A model generated the notes under the pieces. The model was not told the DNA's origin, made no database searches, and worked only from the letters and a program-made list of their open reading frames with translations. 64,000 bases of DNA from NCBI GenBank assembly GCA_964016885.1, contig OZ024743.1:322338001-322402000 (forward strand), given 5' to 3'. Position 1 is the first letter of the stretch. Each line of letters opens with the position of its first letter. Position numbers and translations under genes: made by a program. The DNA is from Eledone cirrhosa. Its lineage: Eukaryota. Of this stretch, positions 28,051 to 43,620 are shown one piece after another.

Positions 28051-31000
28051 CACCTCGATCTGGGTCCTTAACTTGGAGCTACAGTAAAACACACTTACTC
28101 ACCTCGATCTGGGTCCTTAACTTGGAGCTATAGTAAAAGACACTTACCCACCTCGATCTGGGTCCTTAACTTTGAGCAACAGTAAAACACACTTACCCAC
28201 CTCGATCTGGGTCCTTAACTTAGAGCTACAGTAAAAGACACTACCCACCTCGATCTGGGTCCTTAACTTGGAGCTACAGTAAAACATACTTCCCCACCTT
28301 GATATGGGTCCTTAATTTGGAACTACAGTAAAAGACACTTACCCACCTCGATCTGCGTCCTTAACTTGGAGCTACAGTAAAAGACACTTACCCACCTCTA
28401 TCTGTGTCCTTAACTTGGAGCTACCGTAAAAGACACTTACCCACCTTGATCTGGGTCCTTAAATTGGAGCTACAGTAAAAGACACTTAACCACCTTGATC
28501 TAGGTCCTTAACTTGGAGCTACAGTAAAAGACAACTACCCACCTTGATCTTGCTCCTTAACTTGGAGCTACAGTAAAACACTTACCCCCCTCGATCTTGG
28601 TCCTTAACTTGGAGCTACAAAAAAACACACTTACCCACCTGATCTGGGTCCTTAACTTGGAGCTACAGTAAAACACAATTACCCACCTCGATCTGGGTCC
28701 TTAACTTGGAGCTAGAGTAAAACACACTTACCCACCATCTATCTGGGTACTTAACTTGGAGATAGAGTAAAACACACTTACTCACCTCGATCTGGGTCCT
28801 TAACTTGGAGCTATGGTAAAAGACACTTACCCACTTGATCTGGGTCCTTAACTTGGAGCTACAGTAAAAGACACTTACCCACTTGATCTGGGTCCTTAAC
28901 TTGGCGCTACAGTAAAAGACACTTACCCTCCTCGATCTGGGTCCTTAACATGGAGCTACAGTAAAACACCCTTACCCACATTGATCTGGGTCCTTAACTT
29001 GGAGCTACAGTAAAAGACACTTACCCACCTTGATCTGGGTCCTTAACTTGGAGCTACAGTAAAAGACACTTACCCACACTGATCTGGGTCCGTAACTTGC
29101 AACTAGAGTAAAACACTTACCCACCTCGATCTGGGTCCTTAACTTGGAGCTACAATAAAACACACTTACCCACCTCAATCTGGTTCTTTAACTTGGAGCT
29201 ACAGTAAAAGACAGTTACCCAGCTTGATCTGGGTCCTTAACTTGGAGCTACGATAAAACACACTTACCCACCTTGATCTGGGTCCTTAACTTGGAGCTAC
29301 AGTAAAACACACTTACCCACCTCGATCTGGGTCCTTAACATGGAGCTACACTAAAACACACTTACCACCTCGATCTGGGTCCTTTACTTGGAGGTACAAT
29401 AAAACACACTTACCCACCTCGATCTGGGTCCTTAACATGGAGCTACAGTAAAACACACTTACCCACTTCGATCTGGGTCCTTAACTTGGAGCTACAGTAA
29501 AAGACACTTACCCACCTTGATCTGGGTCCTTAACTTGGAGCTACAGTAAAGAGACTCTTACCCACCTCGATCTGGGTCCTTAACTTGGAGCTACAGTAAA
29601 ACATATTAACCACCTTGATCTGGGTCCTTAACTTGGAGCTACAGTAAAACACACTTACCCACCTCGATCTGTGTGCTTAACTTGGAGCTACAGTAAAACA
29701 CATTTACCCACCTCAATCTGGTTCCTTAACTTGGAGCCACAGTAAAACACACTTACTCAACTCGATCTGGGTCCTTAACTTGGAGCTATAGTAAAAGACA
29801 CTTACCCACCTTGATCTGGGTCCTTAACTTGGAGCTAGAGTAAAACACTTACCCACTTCGATCTGCGTGCTTAACTTGGAGCTACAATAAAACACATTTA
29901 CCCATCTCAATCTGGTTCCTTAACTTGGAGCTACAATAAAAGACACTTACCCACTCCGATCTGGGTCCTTTACTTGGTGCTACAGTAAAACACACTTACC
30001 CACATTGATCTGGGTCCTTAACTTGGAGCTACGGTAAAAGACACTTACCCACCTCTATCTGGGTCCATAACTTGGAGCTTCAGTAGAAGACACTTACCCG
30101 CCTCGATCTGGGTCCTTAACTTGGAGCTACAGTAAAATACACTTACCCATCTCGATCTGTGTCCTTAACTTGGAGCTTCAGTAAAAGACACTTACCCACC
30201 TCTTTCTGGGTCCTTAACTTGTAGCTACAGTAAAAGTCACATAACCACCTCGATCTGGGTCCTTAACTTGGAGCTACAGTAAAACATACTTACCCACCTC
30301 AATCTGGGTCCTTAACTCGGAGCTACAGTAAAACACCCTTACCCACATTTATCTGGGTCCTTAACTTGGAGCTACAGTAAAAGACACTGGCCCACCTCGA
30401 TCTGGGTCCTTAACTTGGAGCTACAGTAAAAGACACTACCGACCTCGATCTGGGTCCTTAACTTGGAGCTACAGTAAAACATACTTACCCACCGCGATAT
30501 GGGTCCTTAACTTGGAGCTACAGTAAATGACACGTACAAACATCGATCTGCGTCCTTAACTTAAAAGACACTTACCCACCTCTATCTAGGTCCTTAACTT
30601 GGAGCTACCGTAAAAGACACTTACCCACCTTGATCTGGGTCCTTAAATTGGAACTACAGTAAAAGACACTTAACCACCTTGATCTAGGTGCTTAACTTGG
30701 AGCTACAGTAAAAGACAACTACCCACCTCGATCTTGGTCCTTAACTTGGAGCTACAGTAAAACACTTACCCACCTCGATCTTGGTCCTTAACTTGGAGCT
30801 ACAATAAAACACACTTACCCACCTAAATCTGGTTCTTTAACTTGGAGCTACAGTAAAAGACACTTACCCAGCTTGATCTGAGTCCTTAACTTGGAGCTAC
30901 AGTAAAACACACTTACTCACCTCGATCTGGGTCCTTAACTTGGAGCTACAGTAAAACACACTTACTCACCTCGATCTGGGTCCTTAACTTGGAGCTATAG

Positions 31001-33725
31001 TAAAAGACACTTACCCACCTCGATCTGGGTCCTTAACTTTGAGCAACAGTAAAACACACTTACCCACCTCGATCTGGGTCCTTAACTTAGAGCTACAGTA
31101 AAAGACACTACCCACCTCGATCTGGGTCCTTAACTTGGAGCTACAGTAAAACATACTTCCCCACCTTGATATGGGTCCTTAATTTGGAGCTACAGTAAAA
31201 GACACTTACCCACCTCGATCTGCGTCCTTAACTTGGAGCTACAGTAAAAGACACTTACCCACCTCTATCTGTGTCCTTAACTTGGAGCTACCGTAAAAGA
31301 CACTTACCCACCTTGATCTGGGTCCTTAAATTGGAGCTACAGTAAAAGACACTTAACCACCTTGATCTAGGTCCTTAACTTGGAGCTACAGTAAAAGACA
31401 ACTACCCACCTTGATCTTGCTCCTTAACTTGGAGCTACAGTAAAACACTTACCCCCCTCGATCTTGGTCCTTAACTTGGAGCTACAAAAAAACACACTTA
31501 CCCACCTGATCTGGGTCCTTAACTTGGAGCTACAGTAAAACACAATTACCCACCTCGATCTGGGTCCTTAACTTGGAGCTAGAGTAAAACACACTTACCC
31601 ACCATCTATCTGGGTACTTAACTTGGAGATAGAGTAAAACACACTTACTCACCTCGATCTGGGTCCTTAACTTGGAGCTATGGTAAAAGACACTTACCCA
31701 CTTGATCTGGGTCCTTAACTTGGAGCTACAGTAAAAGACACTTACCCACTTGATCTGGGTCCTTAACTTGGCGCTACAGTAAAAGACACTTACCCTCCTC
31801 AATCTGGGTCCTTAACATGGAGCTACAGTAAAACACCCTTACCCACATTGATCTGGGTCCTTAACTTGGAGCTACAGTAAAAGACACTTACCCACCTTGA
31901 TCTGGGTCCTTAACTTGGAGCTACAGTAAAAGACACTTACCCACACTGATCTGGGTCCGTAACTTGCAACTAGAGTAAAACACTTACCCACCTCGATCTG
32001 GGTCCTTAACTTGGAGCTACAATAAAACACACTTACCCACCTCAATCTGGTTCTTTAACTTGGAGCTACAGTAAAAGACAGTTACCCAGCTTGATCTGGG
32101 TCCTTAACTTGGAGCTACGATAAAACACACTTACCCACCTTGATCTGGGTCCTTAACTTGGAGCTACAGTAAAACACACTTACCCACCTCGATCTGGGTC
32201 CTTAACATGGAGCTACACTAAAACACACTTACCACCTCGATCTGGGTCCTTTACTTGGAGGTACAATAAAACACACTTACCCACCTCGATCTGGGTCCTT
32301 AACATGGAGCTACAGTAAAACACACTTACCCACTTCGATCTGGGTCCTTAACTTGGAGCTACAGTAAAAGACACTTACCCACCTTGATCTGGGTCCTTAA
32401 CTTGGAGCTACAGTAAAGAGACTCTTACCCACCTCGATCTGGGTCCTTAACTTGGAGCTACAGTAAAACATATTAACCACCTTGATCTGGGTCCTTAACT
32501 TGGAGCTACAGTAAAACACACTTACCCACCTCGATCTGTGTGCTTAACTTGGAGCTACAGTAAAACACATTTACCCACCTCAATCTGGTTCCTTAACTTG
32601 GAGCCACAGTAAAACACACTTACTCAACTCGATCTGGGTCCTTAACTTGGAGCTATAGTAAAAGACACTTACCCACCTTGATCTGGGTCCTTAACTTGGA
32701 GCTAGAGTAAAACACTTACCCACTTCGATCTGCGTGCTTAACTTGGAGCTACAATAAAACACATTTACCCATCTCAATCTGGTTCCTTAACTTGGAGCTA
32801 CAATAAAAGACACTTACCCACTCCGATCTGGGTCCTTTACTTGGTGCTACAGTAAAACACACTTACCCACATTGATCTGGGTCCTTAACTTGGAGCTACG
32901 GTAAAAGACACTTACCCACCTCTATCTGGGTCCATAACTTGGAGCTTCAGTAGAAGACACTTACCCGCCTCGATCTGGGTCCTTAACTTGGAGCTACAGT
33001 AAAATACACTTACCCATCTCGATCTGTGTCCTTAACTTGGAGCTTCAGTAAAAGATACTTACCCACCTCTTTCTGGGTCCTTAACTTGGAGCTACAGTAA
33101 AACATACTTACCCACCTCAATCTGGGTCCTTAACTCGGAGCTACAGTAAAACACCCTTACCCACATTTATCTGGGTCCTTAACTTGGAGCTACAGTAAAA
33201 GACACTGGCCCACCTCGATCTGGGTCCTTAACTTGGAGCTACAGTAAAAGACACTACCGACCTCGATCTGGGTCCTTAACTTGGAGCTACAGTAAAACAT
33301 ACTTACCCACCGCGATATGGGTCCTTAACTTGGAGCTACAGTAAATGACACGTACAAACATCGATCTGCGTCCTTAACTTAAAAGACACTTACCCACCTC
33401 TATCTAGGTCCTTAACTTGGAGCTACCGTAAAAGACACTTACCCACCTTGATCTGGGTCCTTAAATTGGAACTACAGTAAAAGACACTTAACCACCTTGA
33501 TCTAGGTGCTTAACTTGGAGCTACAGTAAAAGACAACTACCCACCTCGATCTTGGTCCTTAACTTGGAGCTACAGTAAAACACTTACCCACCTCGATCTT
33601 GGTCCTTAACTTGGAGCTACAATAAAACACACTTACCCACCTAAATCTGGTTCTTTAACTTGGAGCTACAGTAAAAGACACTTACCCAGCTTGATCTGAG
33701 TCCTTAACTTGGAGCTACAGTAAAA
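28051..33725. repeat. ~2.87 kb tandem duplication (28051-30917 / 30918-33725)
   Basis: tttgagcaac at 28171/31038 (offset 2867). The offset becomes 2818 at cgtacaaac 30533/33351 because copy 2 lacks exactly one monomer (the gtagctac...gtcacataacc unit near 30220). gatctgagtcc is shared at both ends. Confidence 0.92.
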
Positions 33726-36700
33726 GACACTTAACCAAATCGATCTGTGTCCTTAACTTGGAGTTACAATAAAATACACTTACCCACCCCGATCTGGGTC
33801 CTTAACTTGGAACTACAGTAAAACGTATTACCCACCTCGATCTGGGTCCTTAACTTGGAGCTACAGTAAAACACAATTACTCACCTCGATCTGGGTCCTT
33901 AACTTGGAGCTATAGTAAAAGACACTTTCCCACCTCGATCTGGGTCCTTAACTTGGAGCTACTGTAAAAGACACTTACCCACCTTGATCTGGGTCCTTAA
34001 CTTGGAGCTACAGTAAAAGACACTTACCCACCTCGATCTGGGTCCTTAACTTGGAGCTACAGTAAAACACCCTTACCCACATTTATCTGGGTCCTTAACT
34101 TGGAACTACAGTAAAACATATTACCCACCTCGATCTGGGTCCTTAACTTGGAGCTACAGTAAAACACACTTACCCACTTCTATCTGGGTCCTTAACTTGG
34201 AGCTAGAGTAAAACACACTTACCCACCTTGATCTGTGTCCTTAACTTGGAGCTACAGTAAAACACACTTACCCACCTCGATCTGGGTCCTTAACTTGGAG
34301 GTACAATAAAACACACAAACCCACCTCGATCTGGGTCCTTAACATGGAGCTACAGTAAAAGACACTACCCACCTCGATCTGGGTCCTTAACTTGGAGCTA
34401 CAGTAAAAGACACTTACCCACCTCGATCTGGGTCCTTAACTTGGAGCTAGAGTAAAACACTTAGCCACCTCGATCTGTGTGATTAACTTGGAGCGACAAT
34501 AAAACACATTTACCCACCTCAATCTGGTTCCTTAACTTGTAGCTTCAGTAAAACACACTTACCCACCTCGATCTGGGTCCTTAACTTGGAGGTACAATAA
34601 AACACACTTACCCACCTCGATCTGGGTCCTTAACATGGAGCTACAATAAAACACACTTACCCACTTCGATCTGGGTCCTTAACTTGGAGCTACAGTAAAA
34701 GACACTTACCCACCTTGATCTGGGTCCTTAACTTGGACCTACAGTAAAGAGACACTTACCCACCTTGATCTGGGTCCTTAACTTGGAGCTACAGTAAAAC
34801 ACCCCTACCCACATTGATCTGGGTCCTTAACTTGGAACTACAGTAAAACATATTAACCACCTTGATCTGGGTCCTTAACTTGGAGCTACAGTAAATGACA
34901 CTTACCCACCTCGATCTGTGTGCTTAACTTGGAGCTACAGTAAAACACATTTACCCACCTCAATCTGGTTCCTTAACTTGGAGCTACAGTAAAACACACT
35001 TACCCACCTTGATCTGGGTCCTTAACTTGGAGCTAGAATAAAACACTTACCCACATCGATCTGCGTGCTTAACTTGGAGCTACAATAAAACACATTTACC
35101 CACCTCAATCTGGTTCCTTAACTTGGAGCTACAATAAAAGACACTTACCCACCCCGATCTGGGTCCTTTACTTGGTGCTACAGTAAAACACACTTACCCA
35201 CATTGATCTGGGTCCTTAACTTGGAGCTACGGTAAAAGACACTTACCCACCTCTATCTGGGTCCATAACTTAGAGCTTCAGTAGAAGACACTTACCCGCC
35301 TCGATCTGGGTCCTTAACTTGGAGCTTCAGTAAAAGACACTTACCCACCTTGATCTGGGTCCTTAAATTGGAACTACAGTAAAAGACACTTAACCACCTT
35401 GATCTAGGTGCTTAACTTGGAGCTACAGTAAAAGACAACTACCCACCTCGATCTTGGTCCTTAACTTGGAGCTACAGTAAAACACTTACCCACCTCGATC
35501 TTGGTCCTTAACTTGGAGCTACAATAAAACACACTTACCCACCTAAATCTGGTTCTTTAACTTGGAGCTACAGTAAAAGACACTTACCCAGCTTGATCTG
35601 GGTCCTTAACTTGGAGCTACAGTAAAAGACACTTAACCAAATCGATCTGGGTCCTTAACTTGGAGCTACAGTAAAACACAATTACTCACCTCGATCTGGG
35701 TCCTTAACTTGGAGCTATAGTAAAAGACACTTTCCCACCTCGATCTGGGTCCTTAACTTGGAGCTACTGTAAAAGACACTTACCCACCTTGATCTGGGTC
35801 CTTAACTTGGAGCTACAGTAAAAGACACTTACCCACCTCAATCTGGTTCCTTAACTTGTAGCTACAGTAAAACACACTTACCCACCTCGATCTGGGTCCT
35901 TAACTTGGAGGTACAATAAAACACACTTACCCACCTCGATCTGGGTCCTTAACATGGAGCTACAATAAAACACACTTACCCACTTCGATCTGGGTCCTTA
36001 ACTTGGAGCTACAGTAAAAGACACTTACCCACCTTGATCTGGGTCCTTAACTTGGACTTCAGTAAAGAGACACTTACCCACCTCGATCTGGGTCCTTAAC
36101 TTGGAGCTACAGTAAAACACCCCTACCCACATTGATCTGGGTCCTTAACTTGGAACTACAGTAAAACATATTAACCACCTTGATCTGGGTCCTTAACTTG
36201 GAGCTACAGTAAAAGACACTTACCCACCTCGATCTGTGTGCTTAACTTGGAGCTACAGTAAAACACATTTACCCACCTCAATCTGGTTCCTTAACTTGGA
36301 GCTACAGTAAAACACACTTACTCACCTCGATCTGGGTCCTTAACTTGGAGCTATAGTAAAAGACACTTACCCACCTTGATCTGGGTCCTTAACTTGGAGC
36401 TAGAATAAAACACTTACCCACTTCGATCTGCGTGCTTAACTTGGAGCTACAATAAAACACATTTACCCACCTCAATCTGGTTCCTTAACTTGGAGCTACA
36501 ATAAAAGACACTTACCCACCCCGATCTGGGTCCTTTACTTGGTGCTACAGTAAAACACACTTACCCACATTGATCTGGGTCCTTAACTCGGAGCTACGGT
36601 AAAAGACACTTACCCACCTCTATCTGGGTCCATAACTTAGAGCTTCAGTAGAAGACACTTACCCGCCTCGATCTGGGTCCTTAACTTGGAGCTACAGTAA

Positions 36701-39700
36701 AATACACTTACCCATCTCGATCTGTGTCCTTAACTTGGAGCTTCAGTAAAAGACACTTACCCACAACGATCCGGGTCCTTAACTTGTAGCTACAGTAAAT
36801 GTCACATAAACACCTCGATCTGGGTCCTTAACTTGGAGCTACAGTAAAACATACTTACCCACCTCAATCTGGGTCCTTAACTCGGAGCTACAGTAAAACA
36901 CCTTTACCCACATTTATCTGGGTCCTTAACTTAGAACTACAGTAAAACATATTACCCACCTCCATCTGGGTCCTTAACTTGGAGCTACAGTAAAAGACAC
37001 TGGCCCACCTCGATCTGGGTCCTTAACTTGGAGCTACAGTAAAAGACACTACCGACCTCGATCTGGGTCCTTAACTTGGAGCTACAGTAAAACATACTTA
37101 CCCACCTCGATATGGGTCCTTAACTTGGAGCTACAGTAAATGACACGTACAAACATCGATCTGCGTCCTTAACTTAAAAGACACTTACCCACCTCTATCT
37201 GGGTCCTTAACTTGGAGCTACCGTAAAAGACACTTACCCACCTTGATCTGGGTCCTTAAATTGGAACTACAGTAAAAGACACTTAACCACCTTGATCTAG
37301 GTGCTTAACTTGGAGCTACAGTAAAAGACAACTACCCACCTCGATCTTGGTCCTTAACTTGGAGCTACAGTAAAACACTTACCCACCTCGATCTTGGTCC
37401 TTAACTTGGAGCTACAATAAAACACACTTACCCACCTCAATCTGGTTCTTTAACTTGGAGCTACAGTAAAAGACACTTACCCAGCTTGATCTGGGTCCTT
37501 AACTTAGAGCTACAGTAAAAGACACTTACCCACCTCGATCTGTGTCCTTAACTTGGAGCTACAGTAAAACACCCTTACCCACATTTATCTGGGTCCTTAA
37601 CTTGGAACTACAGTAAAACATATTACCCACCTCGATCTGGGTCCTTAACTTGGAGCTACAGTAAAACACACTTACCCACTTCTATCTGGGTCCTTAACTT
37701 GGAGCTAGAGTAAAACACACTTACCCACCTTGATCTGTGTCCTTAACTTGGAGCTACAGTAAAACACACTTACCCACCTCGATCTGGGTCCTTAACTTGG
37801 AGGTACAATAAAACACACAAACCCACCTCGATCTGGGTCCTTAACATGGAGCTACAGTAAAAGACACTACCCACCTCGATCTGGGTCCTTAACTTGGAGC
37901 TACAGTAAAAGACACTTACCCACCTCGATCTGGGTCCTTAACTTGGAGCTAGAGTAAAACACTTAGCCACCTCGATCTGTGTGATTAACTTGGAGCGACA
38001 ATAAAACACATTTACCCACCTCAATCTGGTTCCTTAACTTGTAGCTTCAGTAAAACACACTTACCCACCTCGATCTGGGTCCTTAACTTGGAGGTACAAT
38101 AAAACACACTTACCCACCTCGATCTGGGTCCTTAACATGGAGCTACAATAAAACACACTTACCCACTTCGATCTGGGTCCTTAACTTGGAGCTACAGTAA
38201 AAGACACTTACCCACCTTGATCTGGGTCCTTAACTTGGACCTACAGTAAAGAGACACTTACCCACCTCGATCTGGGTCCTTAACTTGGAGCTACAGTAAA
38301 ACACCCCTACCCACATTGATCTGGGTCCTTAACTTGGAACTACAGTAAAACATATTAACCACCTTGATCTGGGTCCTTAACTTGGAGCTACAGTAAATGA
38401 CACTTACCCACCTCGATCTGTGTGCTTAACTTGGAGCTACAGTAAAACACATTTACCCACCTCAATCTGGTTCCTTAACTTGGAGCTACAGTAAAACACA
38501 CTTACTCACCTCGATCTGGGTCCTTAACTTGGAGCTATAGTAAAAGACACTTACCCACCTTGATCTGGGTCCTTAACTTGGAGCTAGAATAAAACACTTA
38601 CCCACATCGATCTGCGTGCTTAACTTGGAGCTACAATAAAACACATTTACCCACCTCAATCTGGTTCCTTAACTTGGAGCTACAATAAAAGACACTTACC
38701 CACCCCGATCTGGGTCCTTTACTTGGTGCTACAGTAAAACACACTTACCCACATTGATCTGGGTCCTTAACTCGGAGCTACGGTAAAAGACACTTACCCA
38801 CCTCTATCTGGGTCCATAACTTAGAGCTTCAGTAGAAGACACTTACCCGCCTCGATCTGGGTCCTTAACTTGGAGCTACAGTAAAATACACTTACCCATC
38901 TCGATCTGTGTCCTTAACTTGGAGCTTCAGTAAAAGACACTTACCCACCTCGATCCGGGTCCTTAACTTGTAGCTACAGTAAAAGTCACATAAACACCTC
39001 GATCTGGGTCCTTAACTTGGAGCTACAGTAAAACATACTTACCCACCTCAATCTGGGTCCTTAACTCGGAGCTACAGTAAAACACCTTTACCCACATTTA
39101 TCTGGGTCCTTAACTTAGAACTACAGTAAAACATATTACCCACCTCCATCTGGGTCCTTAACTTGGAGCTACAGTAAAAGACACTGGCCCACCTCGATCT
39201 GGGTCCTTAACTTGGAGCTACAGTAAAAGACACTACCGACCTCGATCTGGGTCCTTAACTTGGAGCTACAGTAAAACATACTTACCCACCTCGATATGGG
39301 TCCTTAACTTGGAGCTACAGTAAATGACACGTACAAACATCGATCTGCGTCCTTAACTTAAAAGACACTTACCCACCTCTATCTGGGTCCTTAACTTGGA
39401 GCTACCGTAAAAGACACTTACCCACCTTGATCTGGGTCCTTAAATTGGAACTACAGTAAAAGACACTTAACCACCTTGATCTAGGTGCTTAACTTGGAGC
39501 TACAGTAAAAGACAACTACCCACCTCGATCTTGGTCCTTAACTTGGAGCTACAGTAAAACACTTACCCACCTCGATCTTGGTCCTTAACTTGGAGCTACA
39601 ATAAAACACACTTACCCACCTCAATCTGGTTCTTTAACTTGGAGCTACAGTAAAAGACACTTACCCAGCTTGATCTGGGTCCTTAACTTAGAGCTACAGT
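33726..39700. repeat. Rearranged higher-order repeat copies (offsets 3502 and 2184)
   Basis: acacacaaaccc at 34311/37813 (3502). acactggccc at 36997/39181 and cgtacaaac at 37146/39330 (2184), with shared private variants cataaacacc, cacctttaccc and gatccggg. Confidence 0.8.
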
Positions 39701-42700
39701 AAAAGACACTTAACCACCTCGATCTGTGTCCTTAACTTGGAGCTACAATAAAATACACTTACCCACCTCGATCTGGGTCCTTAACTTGGAACTACAGTAA
39801 AACGTATTACCCACCTCGATCTGGGTCCTTAACTTGGAGCTACAGTAAAACACAATTACTCACCTCGATCTGGGTCCTTAACTTGGAGCTATAGTAAAAG
39901 ACACTTTCCCACCTCGATCTGGGTCCTTAACTTGGAGCTAGAGTAAAACACTTAGCCACCTCGATCTGTGTGCTTAACTTGGAGCGACAATAAAACACAT
40001 TTACCCACCTCAATCTGGTTCCTTAACTTGGAGCTACAGTAAAACACACTTACCCACCTCGATCTGGGTCCTTAACTTGGAGGTACAATAAAACACACTT
40101 ACCCTCCTCGATCTGGGTCCTTAACTTGGAGCTACAGTAAAGAGACACTTACCCAACTCGATCTGGGTCCTTAACTTGGAGCTACAGTAAAACACCCCTA
40201 CCCACATTGATCTGGGTCCTTAACTTGGAACTACAGTAAAACATATTAACCACCTTGATCTGCGTCCTTAACTTGGAGCTACAGTAAAACACACTTACCC
40301 ACCTCGATCTGTGTGCTTAACTTGGAGCTACAGTAAAACACATTTACCCACCTCAATCTGGTTCCTTAACTTGGAGCTACAGTAAAACACACTTACTCAC
40401 CTCGATCTGGGTCCTTAACTTGGAGCTATAGTAAAAGACACTTACCCACCTTGATCTGGGTCCTTAACTTGGAGCTAGAGTAAAACAATTACCCACTTCG
40501 ATCTGCGTGCTTAACTTGGAGCTACAATAAAACACATTTACCCACCTCAATCTGGTTCCTTAACTTGGAGCTACAATAAAAGACACTTACCCACCCCGAT
40601 CTGGGTCCTTTACTTGGTGCTACAGTAAAACACACTTTCCCACATTGATCTGGGTCCTTAACTTGGAGCTTCAGTAGAAGACACTTACCCGCCTCGATCT
40701 GGGTCCTTAACTTGGAGCTACAGTAAAATACACTTACCCATCTCGATCTGTGTCCTTAACTTGGAGCTTCAGTAAAAGACACTTACCCACCTCGATCTGG
40801 GTCCTTAACTTGTAGCTACAGTAAAAGTCACATAACCACCTCGATCTGGGTCCTTAACTTGGAGCTACAGTAAAACATACTTACCCACCTCAATCTGGGT
40901 CCTTAACTCGGAGCTACAGTAAAACACCCTTACCCACATTTATCTGGGTCCTTAACTTAGAACTACAGTAAAACATATTACCCACCTCGATCTGGGTCCT
41001 TAACTTGGAGCTACAGTAAAAGACACTGGCCCACCTCGATCTGGGTCCTTAACTTGGAGCTACAGTAAAAGACACTACCGACCTCGATCTGGGTCCTTAA
41101 CTTGGAGCTACAGTAAAACATACTTACCCACCTCGATATGGGTCCTTAACTTGGAGCTACAGTAAATGACACGTACAAACATCGATCTGCGTCCTTAACT
41201 TAAAAGACACTTACCCACCTCTATCTGGGTCCTTAACTTGGAGCTACCGTAAAAGACACTTACCCACCTTGATCTGGGTCCTTAAATTGGAACTACAGTA
41301 AAAGACACTTAACCACCTTGATCTAGGTGCTTAACTTGGAGCTACAGTAAAAGACAACTACCCACCTCGATCTTGGTCCTTAACTTGGAGCTACAGTAAA
41401 ACACTTACCCACCTCGATCTTGGTCCTTAACTTGGAGCTACAATAAAACACACTTACCCACCTCAATCTGGTTCTTTAACTTGGAGCTACAGTAAAAGAC
41501 ACTTACCCAGCTTGATCTGGGTCCTTAACTTAGAGCTACAGTAAAAGACACTTAACCACCTCGATCTGTGTCCTTAACTTGGAGCTACAATAAAATACAC
41601 TTACCCACCTCGATCTGGGTCCTTAACTTGGAACTACAGTAAAACGTATTACCCACCTCGATCTGGGTCCTTAACTTGGAGCTACAGTAAAACACAATTA
41701 CTCACCTCGATCTGGGTCCTTAACTTGGAGCTATAGTAAAAGACACTTTCCCACCTCGATCTGGGTCCTTAACTTGGAGCTAGAGTAAAACACTTAGCCA
41801 CCTCGATCTGTGTGCTTAACTTGGAGCGACAATAAAACACATTTACCCACCTCAATCTGGTTCCTTAACTTGGAGCTACAGTAAAACACACTTACCCACC
41901 TCGATCTGGGTCCTTAACTTGGAGGTACAATAAAACACACTTACCCTCCTCGATCTGGGTCCTTAACTTGGAGCTACAGTAAAGAGACACTTACCCACCT
42001 CGATCTGGGTCCTTAACTTGGAGCTACAGTAAAACACCCCTACCCACATTGATCTGGGTCCTTAACTTGGAACTACAGTAAAACATATTAACCACCTTGA
42101 TCTGCGTCCTTAACTTGGAGCTACAGTAAAACACACTTACCCACCTCGATCTGTGTGCTTAACTTGGAGCTACAGTAAAACACATTTACCCACCTCAATC
42201 TGGTTCCTTAACTTGGAGCTACAGTAAAACACACTTACTCACCTCGATCTGGGTCCTTAACTTGGAGCTATAGTAAAAGACACTTACCCACCTTGATCTG
42301 GGTCCTTAACTTGGAGCTAGAGTAAAACACTTACCCACTTCGATCTGCGTGCTTAACTTGGAGCTACAATAAAACACATTTACCCACCTCAATCTGGTTC
42401 CTTAACTTGGAGCTACAATAAAAGACACTTACCCACCCCGATCTGGGTCCTTTACCTGGTGCTACAGTAAAACACACTTTCCCACATTGATCTGGGTCCT
42501 TAACTTGGAGCTTCAGTAGAAGACACTTACCCGCCTCGATCTGGGTCCTTAACTTGGAGCTACAGTAAAATACACTTACCCATCTCGATCTGTGTCCTTA
42601 ACTTGGAGCTTCAGTAAAAGACACTTACCCACCTCGATCTGGGTCCTTAACTTGTAGCTACAGTAAAAGTCACATAACCACCTCGATCTGGGTCCTTAAC

Positions 42701-43620
42701 TTGGAGCTACAGTAAAACATACTTACCCACCTCAATCTGGGTCCTTAACTCGGAGCTACAGTAAAACACCCTTACCCACATTTATCTGGGTCCTTAACTT
42801 AGAACTACAGTAAAACATATTACCCACCTCGATCTGGGTCCTTAACTTGGAGCTACAGTAAAAGACACTGGCCCACCTCGATCTGGGTCCTTAACTTGGA
42901 GCTACAGTAAAAGACACTACCGACCTCGATCTGGGTCCTTAACTTGGAGCTACAGTAAAACATACTTACCCACCTCGATATGGGTCCTTAACTTGGAGCT
43001 ACAGTAAATGACACGTACAAACATCGATCTGCGTCCTTAACTTAAAAGACACTTACCCACCTCTATCTGGGTCCTTAACTTGGAGCTACCGTAAAAGACA
43101 CTTACCCACCTTGATCTGGGTCCTTAAATTGGAACTACAGTAAAAGACACTTAACCACCTTGATCTAGGTGCTTAACTTGGAGCTACAGTAAAAGACAAC
43201 TACCCACCTCGATCTTGGTCCTTAACTTGGAACTACAGTAAAACACTTACCCACCTCGATCTTGGTCCTTAACTTGGAGCTACAATAAAACACACTTACC
43301 CACCTCAATCTGGTTCTTTAACTTGGAGCTACAGTAAAAGACACTTACCCAGCTTGATCTGGGTCCTTAACTTGGAGCTACAGTAAAAGACACTTAACCA
43401 CCTCGATCTGTGTCCTTAACTTGGAGCTACAATAAAATACACTTACCCACCTCGATCTGGGTCCTTAACTTGGAACTACAGTAAAACCTATTACCCACCT
43501 CGATCTGGGTCCTTAACTTGGAGCTACAGTAACACACAATTACTCACCTCGATCTGGGTCCTTAACTTGGAGCTATAGTAAAAGACACTTTCCCACCTCG
43601 ATCTGGGTCCTTAACTTGGA
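39150..43620. repeat. 1842-bp (~38-monomer) higher-order repeat, ~2.4 tandem copies
   Basis: acactggccc at 39181/41023/42865, cgtacaaac at 39330/41172/43014, acactttccc at 39901/41743; every step is 1842. Confidence 0.93.

Noticed and set aside
31530-31802. 90-aa minus-strand ORF (WVSVFYCSSKLRTQI repeats)
   Set aside because: It is a translation of the satellite with a TTG start, kept open only by a chance run of 48-bp monomers. The 49-bp unit shifts frame each copy and reaches a stop.
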